Shown: positions 1 to 8,361 of the stretch, piece by piece
How positions within the stretch are numbered: the stretch's first letter is position 1
Layout: every line of letters begins with the position of its first letter
NCBI GenBank assembly: GCA_039768565.1
Contig: JBDNAG010000065.1
Coordinates: 1,977 to 65,976 of the forward strand
From: Akkermansiaceae bacterium
Lineage (GTDB): Bacteria > Verrucomicrobiota > Verrucomicrobiia > Verrucomicrobiales > Akkermansiaceae
Length of the DNA: 64,000 bases
Direction of reading: 5' to 3'
Made by a program: the position numbers and the translations under genes
The notes under the pieces: model-generated
Seen by the model: the letters and a program-made list of their open reading frames with translations, nothing else
Told to the model about the DNA's origin: nothing
Databases searched by the model: none

Positions 1-1
1 A

Positions 2-742
2 AGCCTTAAATATCTCGAAACCGAGCTCGCAAAATTGGGTTGGAAAACCACCCGCCAAACCTTCACCGGCATCACCCCCGTCGGCCCGCAAGAATTCACC
101 AACCTCCTCGCCCGCTACTCGCCCGATATCGATCCCGATTGGAACTCCTCCACCCCATTCCTCCTCTGCTCCCACCTCGACACCAAGCTATTTGCCGAGT
201 TTGAATTCCTGGGCGCCAATGATAGTGGATCATCCACCGGAGTTCTCGTCGAAATGGCCCGCGTTCTCTCCATTAAAAACGAGGGCGCCAAAAACGTCGA
301 ACTTGTCTTTTTTGACGGGGAAGAAGCCATTCTAAAAAACATCAACCGCAAGGACGGTCTTTACGGCAGCCGTTACTACGCCTCTCAACTGGAAAAGCGC
401 TCGATCAAACCACAAATCGGCATCGTTCTCGATATCGTCGGCGACCCAAACATTCCTCTCCTAATCGGTGGAGATACCCACAAAAAACTCCGGAGCCACA
501 CCGAGGCCGCCGCTTCAAAACTTAATTTACAAGACTGGGTTCGCCCCTACGACGGAACCATTCTCGACGATCAAGTCCCTCTCATGAACCGCGCCAATCT
601 CGCGGTCCTCCACCTCATCGGACACTTCAGCGACGCAAGCTACTGGCACAAGAAAAGTGACACCCTTGACAAGATCACTCCCGGAGCCCTCGAAAACACC
701 GGCAAACTTACCCTTCAGGTCTTCCACCGGCTGACAAAGTAA
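2..742 (+). CDS. M28-family peptidase / glutaminyl-cyclase-like protein, 5' end cut by the window edge
   Basis: The frame is open from nt 2 (SLKYLETELAKLGW...), so the TTG at 35 is not the true start. GANDSGSSTGVLVEMARVL and VELVFFDGEEA are metal-ligand motifs of the M28 fold. Confidence 0.7.
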   Translation, partial: SLKYLETELAKLGWKTTRQTFTGITPVGPQEFTNLLARYSPDIDPDWNSSTPFLLCSHLDTKLFAEFEFLGANDSGSSTGVLVEMARVLSIKNEGAKNVELVFFDGEEAILKNINRKDGLYGSRYYASQLEKRSIKPQIGIVLDIVGDPNIPLLIGGDTHKKLRSHTEAAASKLNLQDWVRPYDGTILDDQVPLMNRANLAVLHLIGHFSDASYWHKKSDTLDKITPGALENTGKLTLQVFHRLTK

Positions 743-866
743 CAATTTTTCAGAAAAATTCAGCTAGCTCAGTGATTCTTAAGGGACTCACTTACCGTTC
801 CTCTTTATTGGGAAAGTAATCCAAAACCGGTTGCGCCTACCGAACGCCCCGTCTAGTTTCGTAACG

Positions 867-1355
867 ATGAAGACGCTCTTCTCCCTCCCTTTTCTCGCGC
901 TTTTCGCAGTGAGCTGCAGTAGCTCGCGGACCCCTGCCTCTCGCATTGAGAAGAATCCCCAAATCTTTCGGGCCCTTCAGCCGGAGCAGCAGGCTCTGGT
1001 CGAAGTCGGTCAAATTAAAAACGGTATGACTCCTGCCGCCGTTTTCCTAGCTTGGGGCGGCCCTGACAGCAAAGCTGAAGGCGAGAAGGATGACAAACGC
1101 TACGAGCAATGGATTTACAACACTCTCTCACCCGTCGTCGTGCAATCGGCATGGAGAGGTTGGGGTTACGGCCCCAGCTATCGCTACGGAGCTGGCTGGG
1201 GTGTTCGCCGTAGTGGTATTGCCGGCCCTGGTTGGGGGCCTTGGGGGTGGAACAATGGTGTCGGAACGGATATCGCTTACATTCCTCGAGCCTCGTCTTG
1301 GGTGAGATTTATCAATGGCAGGGTAGAAGGCTGGCAACGAGGACGCACACAATAA
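867..1355 (+). CDS. Lipoprotein of unknown function with a Gly/Trp-rich C-terminal half
   Basis: The ATG at 867 gives MKTLFSLPFLALFAVSC, a signal peptide plus lipobox Cys. The C-terminus is rich in GWG/GPW repeats. No family recognised. Confidence 0.55.
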   Translation: MKTLFSLPFLALFAVSCSSSRTPASRIEKNPQIFRALQPEQQALVEVGQIKNGMTPAAVFLAWGGPDSKAEGEKDDKRYEQWIYNTLSPVVVQSAWRGWGYGPSYRYGAGWGVRRSGIAGPGWGPWGWNNGVGTDIAYIPRASSWVRFINGRVEGWQRGRTQ

Positions 1356-1364
1356 GCTAACCTC

Positions 1365-2471
1365 TCAAAGCTCACCCCGTTCTTCTTTCTCAAGCTCGAT
1401 CCGGTCATCACGATTACGCGCCTTCACGCGGTTGTTCCGCTTGCTCCAGCGCTCGACAATCATTTGGCGCTTCTTGCGCCTAAAATTGAGTTCCTCAATT
1501 TCTTCGTCGAGCCGCAAATACCCTTCGTAACGAGCCGGATCCAATTCGCCTTCTTTCACCGCTGCCTCAATCGCGCAACCCTTGTCTCCCTGATGCTTGC
1601 AGTCGCGGAACTTGCATTGGTTCGTCAAATCTTCCACGTCCGCAAAGCTGTCCCGGAGAGTATCCTCGTCCGTCCACATCTGGACTTCGCGGATCCCCGG
1701 ATTGTCAACCAACATTCCCCCTTCCTCAAGAACCACCAACTCCCGGGACACTGTAGTATGGCGCCCCTTGCCCGTGACCTCATTTACCTCGCCAGTCCAC
1801 AGCCATTCCTCACCCAGCAATTGATTCACTAGCGTTGATTTCCCTACCCCGCTGGAACCCACCATGGTGAGTGTAATTCCAGTCTTCAGGTAAGATGTTA
1901 AAACATCCAATCCCTCGTGCCGCGTCGCACTTGTCACGTAAACTTCTGCTTCGGGTGCCAGCTCCTGAATTTCCTCGCGAGCTTTCTCATTCACCTCGGC
2001 CTCGAAAAGATCCGACTTATTCACCAGCACCACGCAACGCGCGCCGCTTTTCTGAATAATCGTAAAATAGCGCTCCATGCGGCGGAGGTTGAAATCAGAT
2101 CCCGCATCGGTCACCACGACCACGATATCGACATTCGCCGCCATCACCTGTTCCTCGCTACTCTTTCCAGGAGCCTTGCGCGAAAAACAGGTCTTCCTCG
2201 GAAGCCGCGCACGAATGATGTGCTCGTCGTTCTCCCCCGCGCCCAGCTCAATAGCCACCCAATCCCCCACAGCCGGAAGTTCGGCATCGCAGGAGGCATC
2301 GTGCCAAACCTTACCGCCAACCACGCAATCGACCTCCTCGGCATCATCGAGTAAAGCCGTAAAATTGATCTTGGTCTCCCGGATTAAGCGCCCGGGCACC
2401 CAGCCATCCTTCGAGACCTCGTCAAAGGCTCTTTCAAAGTCATCATTCCATCCGAGATCGCTCAGCGTCAT
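1365..2471 (-). CDS. rsgA: Ribosome small-subunit-dependent GTPase A
   Basis: Circularly permuted GTPase motifs VLVNKSDL then VGSSGVGKSTLVNQLLG. C-terminal zinc knuckle CKFRDCKHQGDKGCA. Confidence 0.9.
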   Translation of the reverse strand: MTLSDLGWNDDFERAFDEVSKDGWVPGRLIRETKINFTALLDDAEEVDCVVGGKVWHDASCDAELPAVGDWVAIELGAGENDEHIIRARLPRKTCFSRKAPGKSSEEQVMAANVDIVVVVTDAGSDFNLRRMERYFTIIQKSGARCVVLVNKSDLFEAEVNEKAREEIQELAPEAEVYVTSATRHEGLDVLTSYLKTGITLTMVGSSGVGKSTLVNQLLGEEWLWTGEVNEVTGKGRHTTVSRELVVLEEGGMLVDNPGIREVQMWTDEDTLRDSFADVEDLTNQCKFRDCKHQGDKGCAIEAAVKEGELDPARYEGYLRLDEEIEELNFRRKKRQMIVERWSKRNNRVKARNRDDRIELEKEERGEL

Positions 2472-2574
2472 CGCGTATCAGTTCAAACCGGAATGGCCTT
2501 GAGAAAAAGTTTCATTTTCCACTCCTGCCAATCACTGCTATTTCTTGGAGGTGGGATACAACGATCGAGAATAC

Positions 2575-3432
2575 ATGCAGCCCGACTTCCAATCGGGGCG
2601 CCCCCGTATGCCTGGCTTCTTCGACGGAGCTCCGGTCACTAAGTGGCTGATCATCGTAAATGTAAGCATTTTTCTCCTGCAGATCCTCCTCACTGGAAAA
2701 GGTGAACGGCTTTTCATGCAATCGTGGGGTGATACCAGCATACGGGACACGTTCATGAAGTTCCAACTCTGGCGCCTCATCACCTCACAATTTCTTCACG
2801 CTGATTTTGGACACCTTTTTTTCAACTGTCTTGGACTTCTTTTCTTTGGTCCTCATGTGGAAAGGTGGATGAAAAGCAGCCCCTATCTTGTCTTCTATCT
2901 TCTCGCCGGGATTTTTGGCGATTTGGTCTACACCACGCTTTTCTTCATTCCGGGTCTCTTCGAAAGCCATTCTCTCGATTCCGCAGCCATAGGCGCGTCA
3001 TGCGGCGTTCTCGGCATCCTTGCGATTTTTTACTTCATCGCGCCTAACGCCACCGTCATGGTTTTTTTGATCATCCCGGTTCCCATCAAGACAATGGCCA
3101 TCGTCTTTCTCGTTTATGAATCGTGTATCGTGGTGTTCGACCTTCACAATTCGGGAGGCAGCGCCGGCCATCTCGGCGGCGCACTTTTTGGCTATCTCTT
3201 TTTTAAATGGCCTCCACTCCGTCCTTTCGTAATCAAGATTTCTCAAATCGGTGAAAATAACCCCAAAAAGAGGAGGCAGACTCGCGACGGTAGAATCGTT
3301 CAAGAAAACAAACGCTCCCCTCTCGAACTCACAAAGGAAGTGGATCGCATCCTCGATAAAATTAGTGAGCAGGGCATTCAGTCCCTGACCAAAAAAGAAA
3401 AAGAGACTCTAGACAAAGCCCGACGACAATAA
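2575..3432 (+). CDS. Rhomboid-family intramembrane serine protease
   Basis: Multi-TM protein with catalytic GASCGVLG (GxSG) and a downstream HLGGALFGYLF His helix. The start is uncertain (TTG 2545 or ATG 2575). Confidence 0.8.
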   Translation: MQPDFQSGRPRMPGFFDGAPVTKWLIIVNVSIFLLQILLTGKGERLFMQSWGDTSIRDTFMKFQLWRLITSQFLHADFGHLFFNCLGLLFFGPHVERWMKSSPYLVFYLLAGIFGDLVYTTLFFIPGLFESHSLDSAAIGASCGVLGILAIFYFIAPNATVMVFLIIPVPIKTMAIVFLVYESCIVVFDLHNSGGSAGHLGGALFGYLFFKWPPLRPFVIKISQIGENNPKKRRQTRDGRIVQENKRSPLELTKEVDRILDKISEQGIQSLTKKEKETLDKARRQ

Positions 3433-4244
3433 TGACCGACGACGAAATGATCAACTGCGCCGAGTCCGGTCGCCAAATCGAACGGCTTCGCGCCATCATG
3501 CATCGACTTCGTGCTCCCGGCGGTTGCCCTTGGGACGCCGAGCAAACCCATGAGTCGCTCGTTTCCAACCTCATTGAGGAAACTTACGAAACGGTCGCCG
3601 CCATCCGCTTAAACGATGAGGAAAACCTCCAAGAAGAACTCGGCGACCTTCTCCTGCAAGTCGTCTTCCACGCCGAACTCGCCGAAGAGGGAAAACGTTT
3701 CGACCTCGATGATATCGCGCGCGGCATCAGCGACAAATTGGTTCGTCGCCACCCCCACGTTTATGGAGACTCAAAAGTTGGCGGCACCGACGGAGTCCTC
3801 GCCCAGTGGGAAGACATTAAACGCGCCGAAAAAGGCCACGAAGAAAAGCCTTATCTCCACGGCGTTGGCAAAGGACTTCCAGCTTTACTCAAGGCCGCAA
3901 AACTCCAGAAGAAAGCCAGTAAGATTGGCTTCGACTGGCCGGATACCACCGGCATCGCCGAGAAGATCGACGAGGAACTGGCCGAAGTCCGCGAGGAGCT
4001 CGACAAGCACGAGCCTGGAACTCCCGCCTCGAAAGAACTTCAAGCCGAGATTGGCGATCTCCTGTTCATCGTCACCAACCTCGCCCGTAAACTCAACGTC
4101 GATCCCGAAGTCGCCCTTGAGGGAACCAACGAAAAATTCCTCCACCGCTTCGACCAAATCGAAAAGGGCCTCAAAAAGGATCAACTTACATTGGAAGAAG
4201 CCACGCTCAAACAAATGGACGAGCACTGGAACGCTGCGAAATAA
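3432..4244 (+). CDS. mazG: Nucleoside triphosphate pyrophosphohydrolase MazG
   Basis: RLRAPGGCPWDAEQTHESL...EETYE motif and tandem MazG domains. Its ATG overlaps the rhomboid stop (TAATG). Confidence 0.9.
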   Translation: MTDDEMINCAESGRQIERLRAIMHRLRAPGGCPWDAEQTHESLVSNLIEETYETVAAIRLNDEENLQEELGDLLLQVVFHAELAEEGKRFDLDDIARGISDKLVRRHPHVYGDSKVGGTDGVLAQWEDIKRAEKGHEEKPYLHGVGKGLPALLKAAKLQKKASKIGFDWPDTTGIAEKIDEELAEVREELDKHEPGTPASKELQAEIGDLLFIVTNLARKLNVDPEVALEGTNEKFLHRFDQIEKGLKKDQLTLEEATLKQMDEHWNAAK

Positions 4245-4274
4245 CAGGCGTTACAAACGGACACCCCCATTACC

Positions 4275-4574
4275 ATGGCTGACAGAGCTTGGATTGGAGA
4301 TGATTCCGCCATGAGAAAAACTTTCCCTGGCCCAAAAGGACATGGCTCCCCCTCATATGCTGATTGCTATTCCGTTGGCCGCCAAAACCGGGCAACGCGG
4401 CCTGCGGAGGAGGAAAAGCCCCGCGTCAAATTTCTCCTCGATGAAGAACCCCTCGAATTCGGGATTAACGATCCCTCGCCATCGCCCCATCAGACCGGTC
4501 TGGGATTTGTAAGCGCCATCTTTCTGACTGGATTACTTCTTATGGCCTTCATCATTTGGATGCAGGGCTGGTAG
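4275..4574 (+). CDS. Hypothetical small protein with a C-terminal TM helix
   Basis: Supported only by ORF length and the hydrophobic tail GLGFVSAIFLTGLLLMAFIIW. No family recognised. Confidence 0.3.
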   Translation: MADRAWIGDDSAMRKTFPGPKGHGSPSYADCYSVGRQNRATRPAEEEKPRVKFLLDEEPLEFGINDPSPSPHQTGLGFVSAIFLTGLLLMAFIIWMQGW

Positions 4575-4637
4575 CTTTCTTAAGCTCAACAATAAAAATC
4601 ATTGCCCTTCCCGCGGCTCTCCCTTACCTCTCCCCCC

Positions 4638-4727
4638 GTCAGGAGTCACGGAGTGTGGGCTTGTGGACCCGGTCAGGACGGAAACGTAGCAGCCGCAGCT
4701 TGTCCCTCATTGCCGTGGCTTCCTGGC
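4638..4727 (+). ncRNA. ffs: Signal recognition particle RNA (small 4.5S type)
   Basis: The helix-8 core GGUCAGG-ACG-GAAA-CGU-AGCAGCC matches the E. coli 4.5S core GGUCAGG..GGAA..AGCAGCC, with a GNRA tetraloop. The 5' arm GUCAGGAGUCACGG (4638-4651) pairs with the 3' arm CCGUGGCUUCCUGGC (4713-4727). It lies in a 240-nt non-coding gap and is followed by a terminator. The exact ends are approximate. Confidence 0.8.
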
Positions 4728-4740
4728 ACTTCTTATTTTC

Positions 4741-4775
4741 AGCCACTACGATTCAGCGTTGGTGGCTTTTTTATT
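4741..4775 (+). terminator. Rho-independent terminator downstream of the SRP RNA
   Basis: AGCCACUACG / CGUUGGUGGCU stem of about 10 bp with loop AUUCAG, followed by UUUUUUAUU. Confidence 0.75.
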
Positions 4776-4813
4776 GGCCGGAAGCACTCCTCATTTCCTA
4801 AGCTTCCCCTGAA

Positions 4814-5779
4814 ATGTCAGCTCACCTGTTTCCCGACGGATCCGCATTCCCCTCTCCCGGTCTTGGCACCTGGAAAATCCCGGAAGAACTCACCCCGCAA
4901 ATCGTCCATCAAGCGATCGAAACCGGATACCGCCACCTCGACTGCGCCGCTGACTACGGCAATGAAGCACTTGTCGGAAAAGGAATCGCCTCCGCGCTCA
5001 GCTCCGGCCTCTGTAATCGCAACGATCTCTGGGTCACCAGCAAACTTTGGAATACCTACCACGAACCCCAACACGTTCGTGCCGCCTGCGAAAAATCCCT
5101 GTCTGATCTCGGACTCGAACAACTCGATCTTTATCTCATTCACTTTCCCATCGCTCTCGAATTCGTTCCCTTCGAAACCATGTATCCTCCCGGCTGGACC
5201 GCTGGAGGCGAGGCCATGAGCCCTATCTCCGTGCCCTACTCGGACACCTGGCGTGCCATGGAGGAACTCGTTGACGCCGGCCTCACCAAGCGAATTGGTG
5301 TTTCGAACATCGGAACGGCCATGCTTCGCGAAGTTCTCTCATACTCCCGCATCAAGCCCGCCGTTTTGCAGGTCGAAATGCACCCCTACCTTTGCCAGGA
5401 GCATCTCCTTCGCTTTTGCAAGGAACAAGATGTCGCCGTCACTGCCTTTTCCCCCTTCGGAGCCGATTCATACCTTCCTCTTGGTATGGCTGAAGAAACC
5501 GAGCGTATCCTCGCACATCCAGTCCTCGAAAAAATCGCAGCTTCGCATGAAAAATCGACCGCCCAGATCGCCCTTCGCTGGGCCATGCAACGCGGCACCA
5601 TTCCCATTCCGAAGACGCAATCTCCTAAACACCTTCGCGAAAACTTCGACATCTTCGAATTTACCCTCACCTCTGAGGAACTCGACGAGATCTCGGCTCT
5701 CGATCAACACAAACGCTTCAATGACCCCGCCGTCTTCGGTGAAAAAGCATTCAACACCTTTTACCCAATCTTTGACTAA
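4814..5779 (+). CDS. Aldo/keto reductase (xylose/aldose reductase-like)
   Basis: GLGTWK, YRHLDCAADYGNE, SKLWN and IHFP motifs carrying the AKR catalytic Asp-Tyr-Lys-His tetrad. Confidence 0.85.
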   Translation: MSAHLFPDGSAFPSPGLGTWKIPEELTPQIVHQAIETGYRHLDCAADYGNEALVGKGIASALSSGLCNRNDLWVTSKLWNTYHEPQHVRAACEKSLSDLGLEQLDLYLIHFPIALEFVPFETMYPPGWTAGGEAMSPISVPYSDTWRAMEELVDAGLTKRIGVSNIGTAMLREVLSYSRIKPAVLQVEMHPYLCQEHLLRFCKEQDVAVTAFSPFGADSYLPLGMAEETERILAHPVLEKIAASHEKSTAQIALRWAMQRGTIPIPKTQSPKHLRENFDIFEFTLTSEELDEISALDQHKRFNDPAVFGEKAFNTFYPIFD

Positions 5780-6487
5780 ATGAAACCACTCACAGGAAAA
5801 ACAGCCCTTGTCACCGGAGGTGGCAGCGGAGTTGGACTCGGCACCGCCCAAGCACTCGCCGAAGCCGGAGCCACCGTCACCATCTGCGGCCGCAATCTCG
5901 AAAAACTCCAAGCCGTCGCCGGTGATCAAATCGAAGCACGGGTCTGCGACATCTCAAATCGCGGAGAAGTGAATACCCTGATCACCGAACTCGGCACGCC
6001 TGATATCCTCGTCAACTCAGCCGGCGTGAATATCGTAAAACGTAAGGTCAGTGAGATCGATCCCTCCGACTTCGACAAGCTTCTCGCCATCAATTGCACC
6101 GGCTTCTTCAACCTCGTTCACGCCGCCCTTCCCACCATGCGCGACCGCCAGGACGGACTCGTTTTCAACATCTCCTCCATCGCCGGCAAGCGCGCCTACC
6201 CGCTCGCCGGTATGGCTTACGCGACTTCCAAGTTCGGTGTCTCCGGCATGGCCTCCGCCATCAATGCCGAGGAAGCTGATAATGGCATTCGCATCACCAG
6301 CATCTTCCCCGGCGAGATCAACACCCCCATCCTCGACGAGCGCCCTGTAAAAGTTCCCGACGAACAAAAGGCGCGCATGGTTCACCCTGAGGACATCGCC
6401 TCTCTCATCGTAGCCATTGCGCAACTTCCAAAGCACGTCGTCGTGCCTGAGCTGGTCATCAAACCGACTTATCAGGAATTCATCTAA
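5780..6487 (+). CDS. Short-chain dehydrogenase/reductase (SDR) family oxidoreductase
   Basis: TGGGSGVGLG cofactor motif and YATSK (YxxxK) active site. The ATG directly follows the AKR stop. Confidence 0.85.
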   Translation: MKPLTGKTALVTGGGSGVGLGTAQALAEAGATVTICGRNLEKLQAVAGDQIEARVCDISNRGEVNTLITELGTPDILVNSAGVNIVKRKVSEIDPSDFDKLLAINCTGFFNLVHAALPTMRDRQDGLVFNISSIAGKRAYPLAGMAYATSKFGVSGMASAINAEEADNGIRITSIFPGEINTPILDERPVKVPDEQKARMVHPEDIASLIVAIAQLPKHVVVPELVIKPTYQEFI

Positions 6488-6595
6488 GAGTAGGTAGCTT
6501 TGGATCTACCACCCACTCGGCTTTCGTCGTCTCCCTCGACTTTTCCTTCCCCTGACAAGTTGTTTGGAAAACGAAGCACACTCCCGTCTCTCCGA

Positions 6596-6997
6596 CTACG
6601 GGAGCTTCACTCTCTCCCATTCCACCGGACCTCCAAAACCCGGCACGAAGTATCCTCGATAAACCTGGATTTGGCCATCCACTTTGATCGCATAGACGGC
6701 CTGAAAATCATCCCTCGACTCGCCGGTCTTCAAAAAGCTGGCTGCTGAAATGGCCTCTGGCGGGATTCCCTTTTCGAGGAACTGCCTCCTGTCGATCGTG
6801 GAAAAGTTGCGAATGTTTTCCTCCACTGGATATGGCTCATCGTTCGTACGCACATAAAGCCCCATCCCTACCCCTGGCTGCCAGGGAGTGATGAACTGCA
6901 CCTCCGGCGGGCCCCGGCGCGTTGGCTCATCCTCTGGCTTCTGAGCACAGGATTGGAGAAGAGATAGCGCGCATATCACGGCTGGATAATACTTCAT
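6596..6997 (-). CDS. Hypothetical lipoprotein
   Basis: MKYYPAVICALSLLQSC signal peptide and lipobox. No family recognised. Confidence 0.5.
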   Translation of the reverse strand: MKYYPAVICALSLLQSCAQKPEDEPTRRGPPEVQFITPWQPGVGMGLYVRTNDEPYPVEENIRNFSTIDRRQFLEKGIPPEAISAASFLKTGESRDDFQAVYAIKVDGQIQVYRGYFVPGFGGPVEWERVKLP

Positions 6998-7057
6998 AGG
7001 TGTCGACGGCAGGGAGGAAGATGCGCCTCTTCTCCCTTCATATCCAACTAAAACGCC

Positions 7058-7093
7058 AACAAAAAACGGTGAGGCGAATGAACCACCTCACCA
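7058..7093 (-). terminator. Rho-independent terminator of the OmpA-family gene
   Basis: On the minus strand, GGUGAGG...CCUCACC hairpin (7068-7074 / 7086-7092) followed by a U6 run (complement of A 7061-7066), about 20 nt after the stop at 7115. Confidence 0.7.
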
Positions 7094-7114
7094 TTTGTCT
7101 GAATTCGAAAATCT

Positions 7115-7783
7115 TTAGTTTAACGGGGCCAACTGGATATTCACACGACGATTAGCCTTTCGACCAGCCTCGGTATTGTTACTGGCGACCGGTTGATCCA
7201 TGCCACTTCCACTGACCTGAAATCTCTGTGGATTCACTTTCTGGCTACCTAGAAAACCGGTCACACTTTGAGCCCGGTCCCAAGACAATCGCTTATTGAA
7301 CTCTCGATCACCCACATTGTCAGTGTGTCCGGTGATCGCAACCATGGTCTTATCATACTTGTTCAGGACTTTCGCCACCGAGGTCAGGGTTGGATAAAAC
7401 TGGCTGCTGACACTAGAGCTACCCGTTGGAAAAGTAATATCTCCAGGCATGATCAGGCTAATCTGGTTGCCATTGCGACTAATCCCAACACCGGTGCCTT
7501 CAAGCTCACGACGAAGTTCGGCTTCCTGTTTATCCATGTATGCTCCAATCCCTCCACCTGCCAGAGCACCAACCCCGGCACCAATCAAAGCACGTTGCCG
7601 TCGCTCCTTGCTATTCCCTCCGCTTAAGGCGCCAATGCCTGCTCCAACCAGCCCGCCGACAAGCGCTCCAGTCGTAGCTTTGGCCTGCCTGGTTTCCCCG
7701 GTGTAGGGATCTGCAGTTTGACAGGAACTCAGAGCCAGACTACCGACCATGAAACACGCGAGAAATCTTTGGGTCAATTTCAT
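7115..7783 (-). CDS. OmpA-family peptidoglycan-binding lipoprotein with glycine-zipper region
   Basis: LALSSC lipobox, GALVGGLVGAGIGALSGG glycine zipper, and C-terminal OmpA_C motif TGHTDNVGDREFNKRLSWDRAQSV. Confidence 0.85.
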   Translation of the reverse strand: MKLTQRFLACFMVGSLALSSCQTADPYTGETRQAKATTGALVGGLVGAGIGALSGGNSKERRQRALIGAGVGALAGGGIGAYMDKQEAELRRELEGTGVGISRNGNQISLIMPGDITFPTGSSSVSSQFYPTLTSVAKVLNKYDKTMVAITGHTDNVGDREFNKRLSWDRAQSVTGFLGSQKVNPQRFQVSGSGMDQPVASNNTEAGRKANRRVNIQLAPLN

Positions 7784-7869
7784 GAACGTAATGATACCTC
7801 GAAATATTATTTAATCCATCTAAAATAATTGTTAGCCAGAACTGAAACCCCACACTACTCCCAGCATCC

Positions 7870-8361
7870 ATGCCCAATGCCCTGCCAAATCCAAGCGGAG
7901 AAGTCTTCGTTCTCACCGACTCGCTCTTCGACAAAGGAAAGTGTGCATCCAGGAAAAGCCCTCGCCTCCGAATGATCCAGCCTGTGCAGCGCGCGCAATC
8001 CGCGAAGGTCCAGCGTCTCTTGAACTTCCTTCAGCCCGGCACCTACATTCGACCGCATTGCCATCCCCTAGATCATGCCACTGAATCAGTGTGTCTCCTG
8101 AGCGGGCACCTGGAGGTTCTTATTTTTTCCCCCGAAGGATCAATTCAGGCCCGGCACCATCTGACCAACACGTCCCCTCTTATCGATATCGAACCAAGGA
8201 CATGGCATGGTATGATTGTTCACGCCCCGGACACGGTAATTTTTGAAACAAAACAAGGCCCCTACAATCCCGAAACAGACAAGAAATTTGCTCCATGGTC
8301 TCCCGACGAAGACTCGCCTGGAGTTGGCGCCTTTCTCGAAGACCTCGACGGCAGCGCCTAA
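7870..8361 (+). CDS. WbuC-family cupin-fold metalloprotein
   Basis: Size about 160 aa, with QRLLNFLQPGTYIRPHCH and a later WHG motif resembling WbuC-type cupins. Assigned from memory of the family. Confidence 0.55.
   Translation: MPNALPNPSGEVFVLTDSLFDKGKCASRKSPRLRMIQPVQRAQSAKVQRLLNFLQPGTYIRPHCHPLDHATESVCLLSGHLEVLIFSPEGSIQARHHLTNTSPLIDIEPRTWHGMIVHAPDTVIFETKQGPYNPETDKKFAPWSPDEDSPGVGAFLEDLDGSA

Noticed and set aside
3616-4314. Long alternative-frame and antisense ORFs inside real genes, e.g. 3616-4314, 34200-34997, 36327-37127, 45365-46318, 47057-47749, 49652-50863, 50996-51637, 57867-58664 and 58815-59486.
   Set aside because: They overlap genes with clear family motifs. Their translations are low-complexity (Pro/Ser/Arg/Thr-rich) with no recognisable motifs, which is typical of shadow ORFs in moderately GC-rich DNA.
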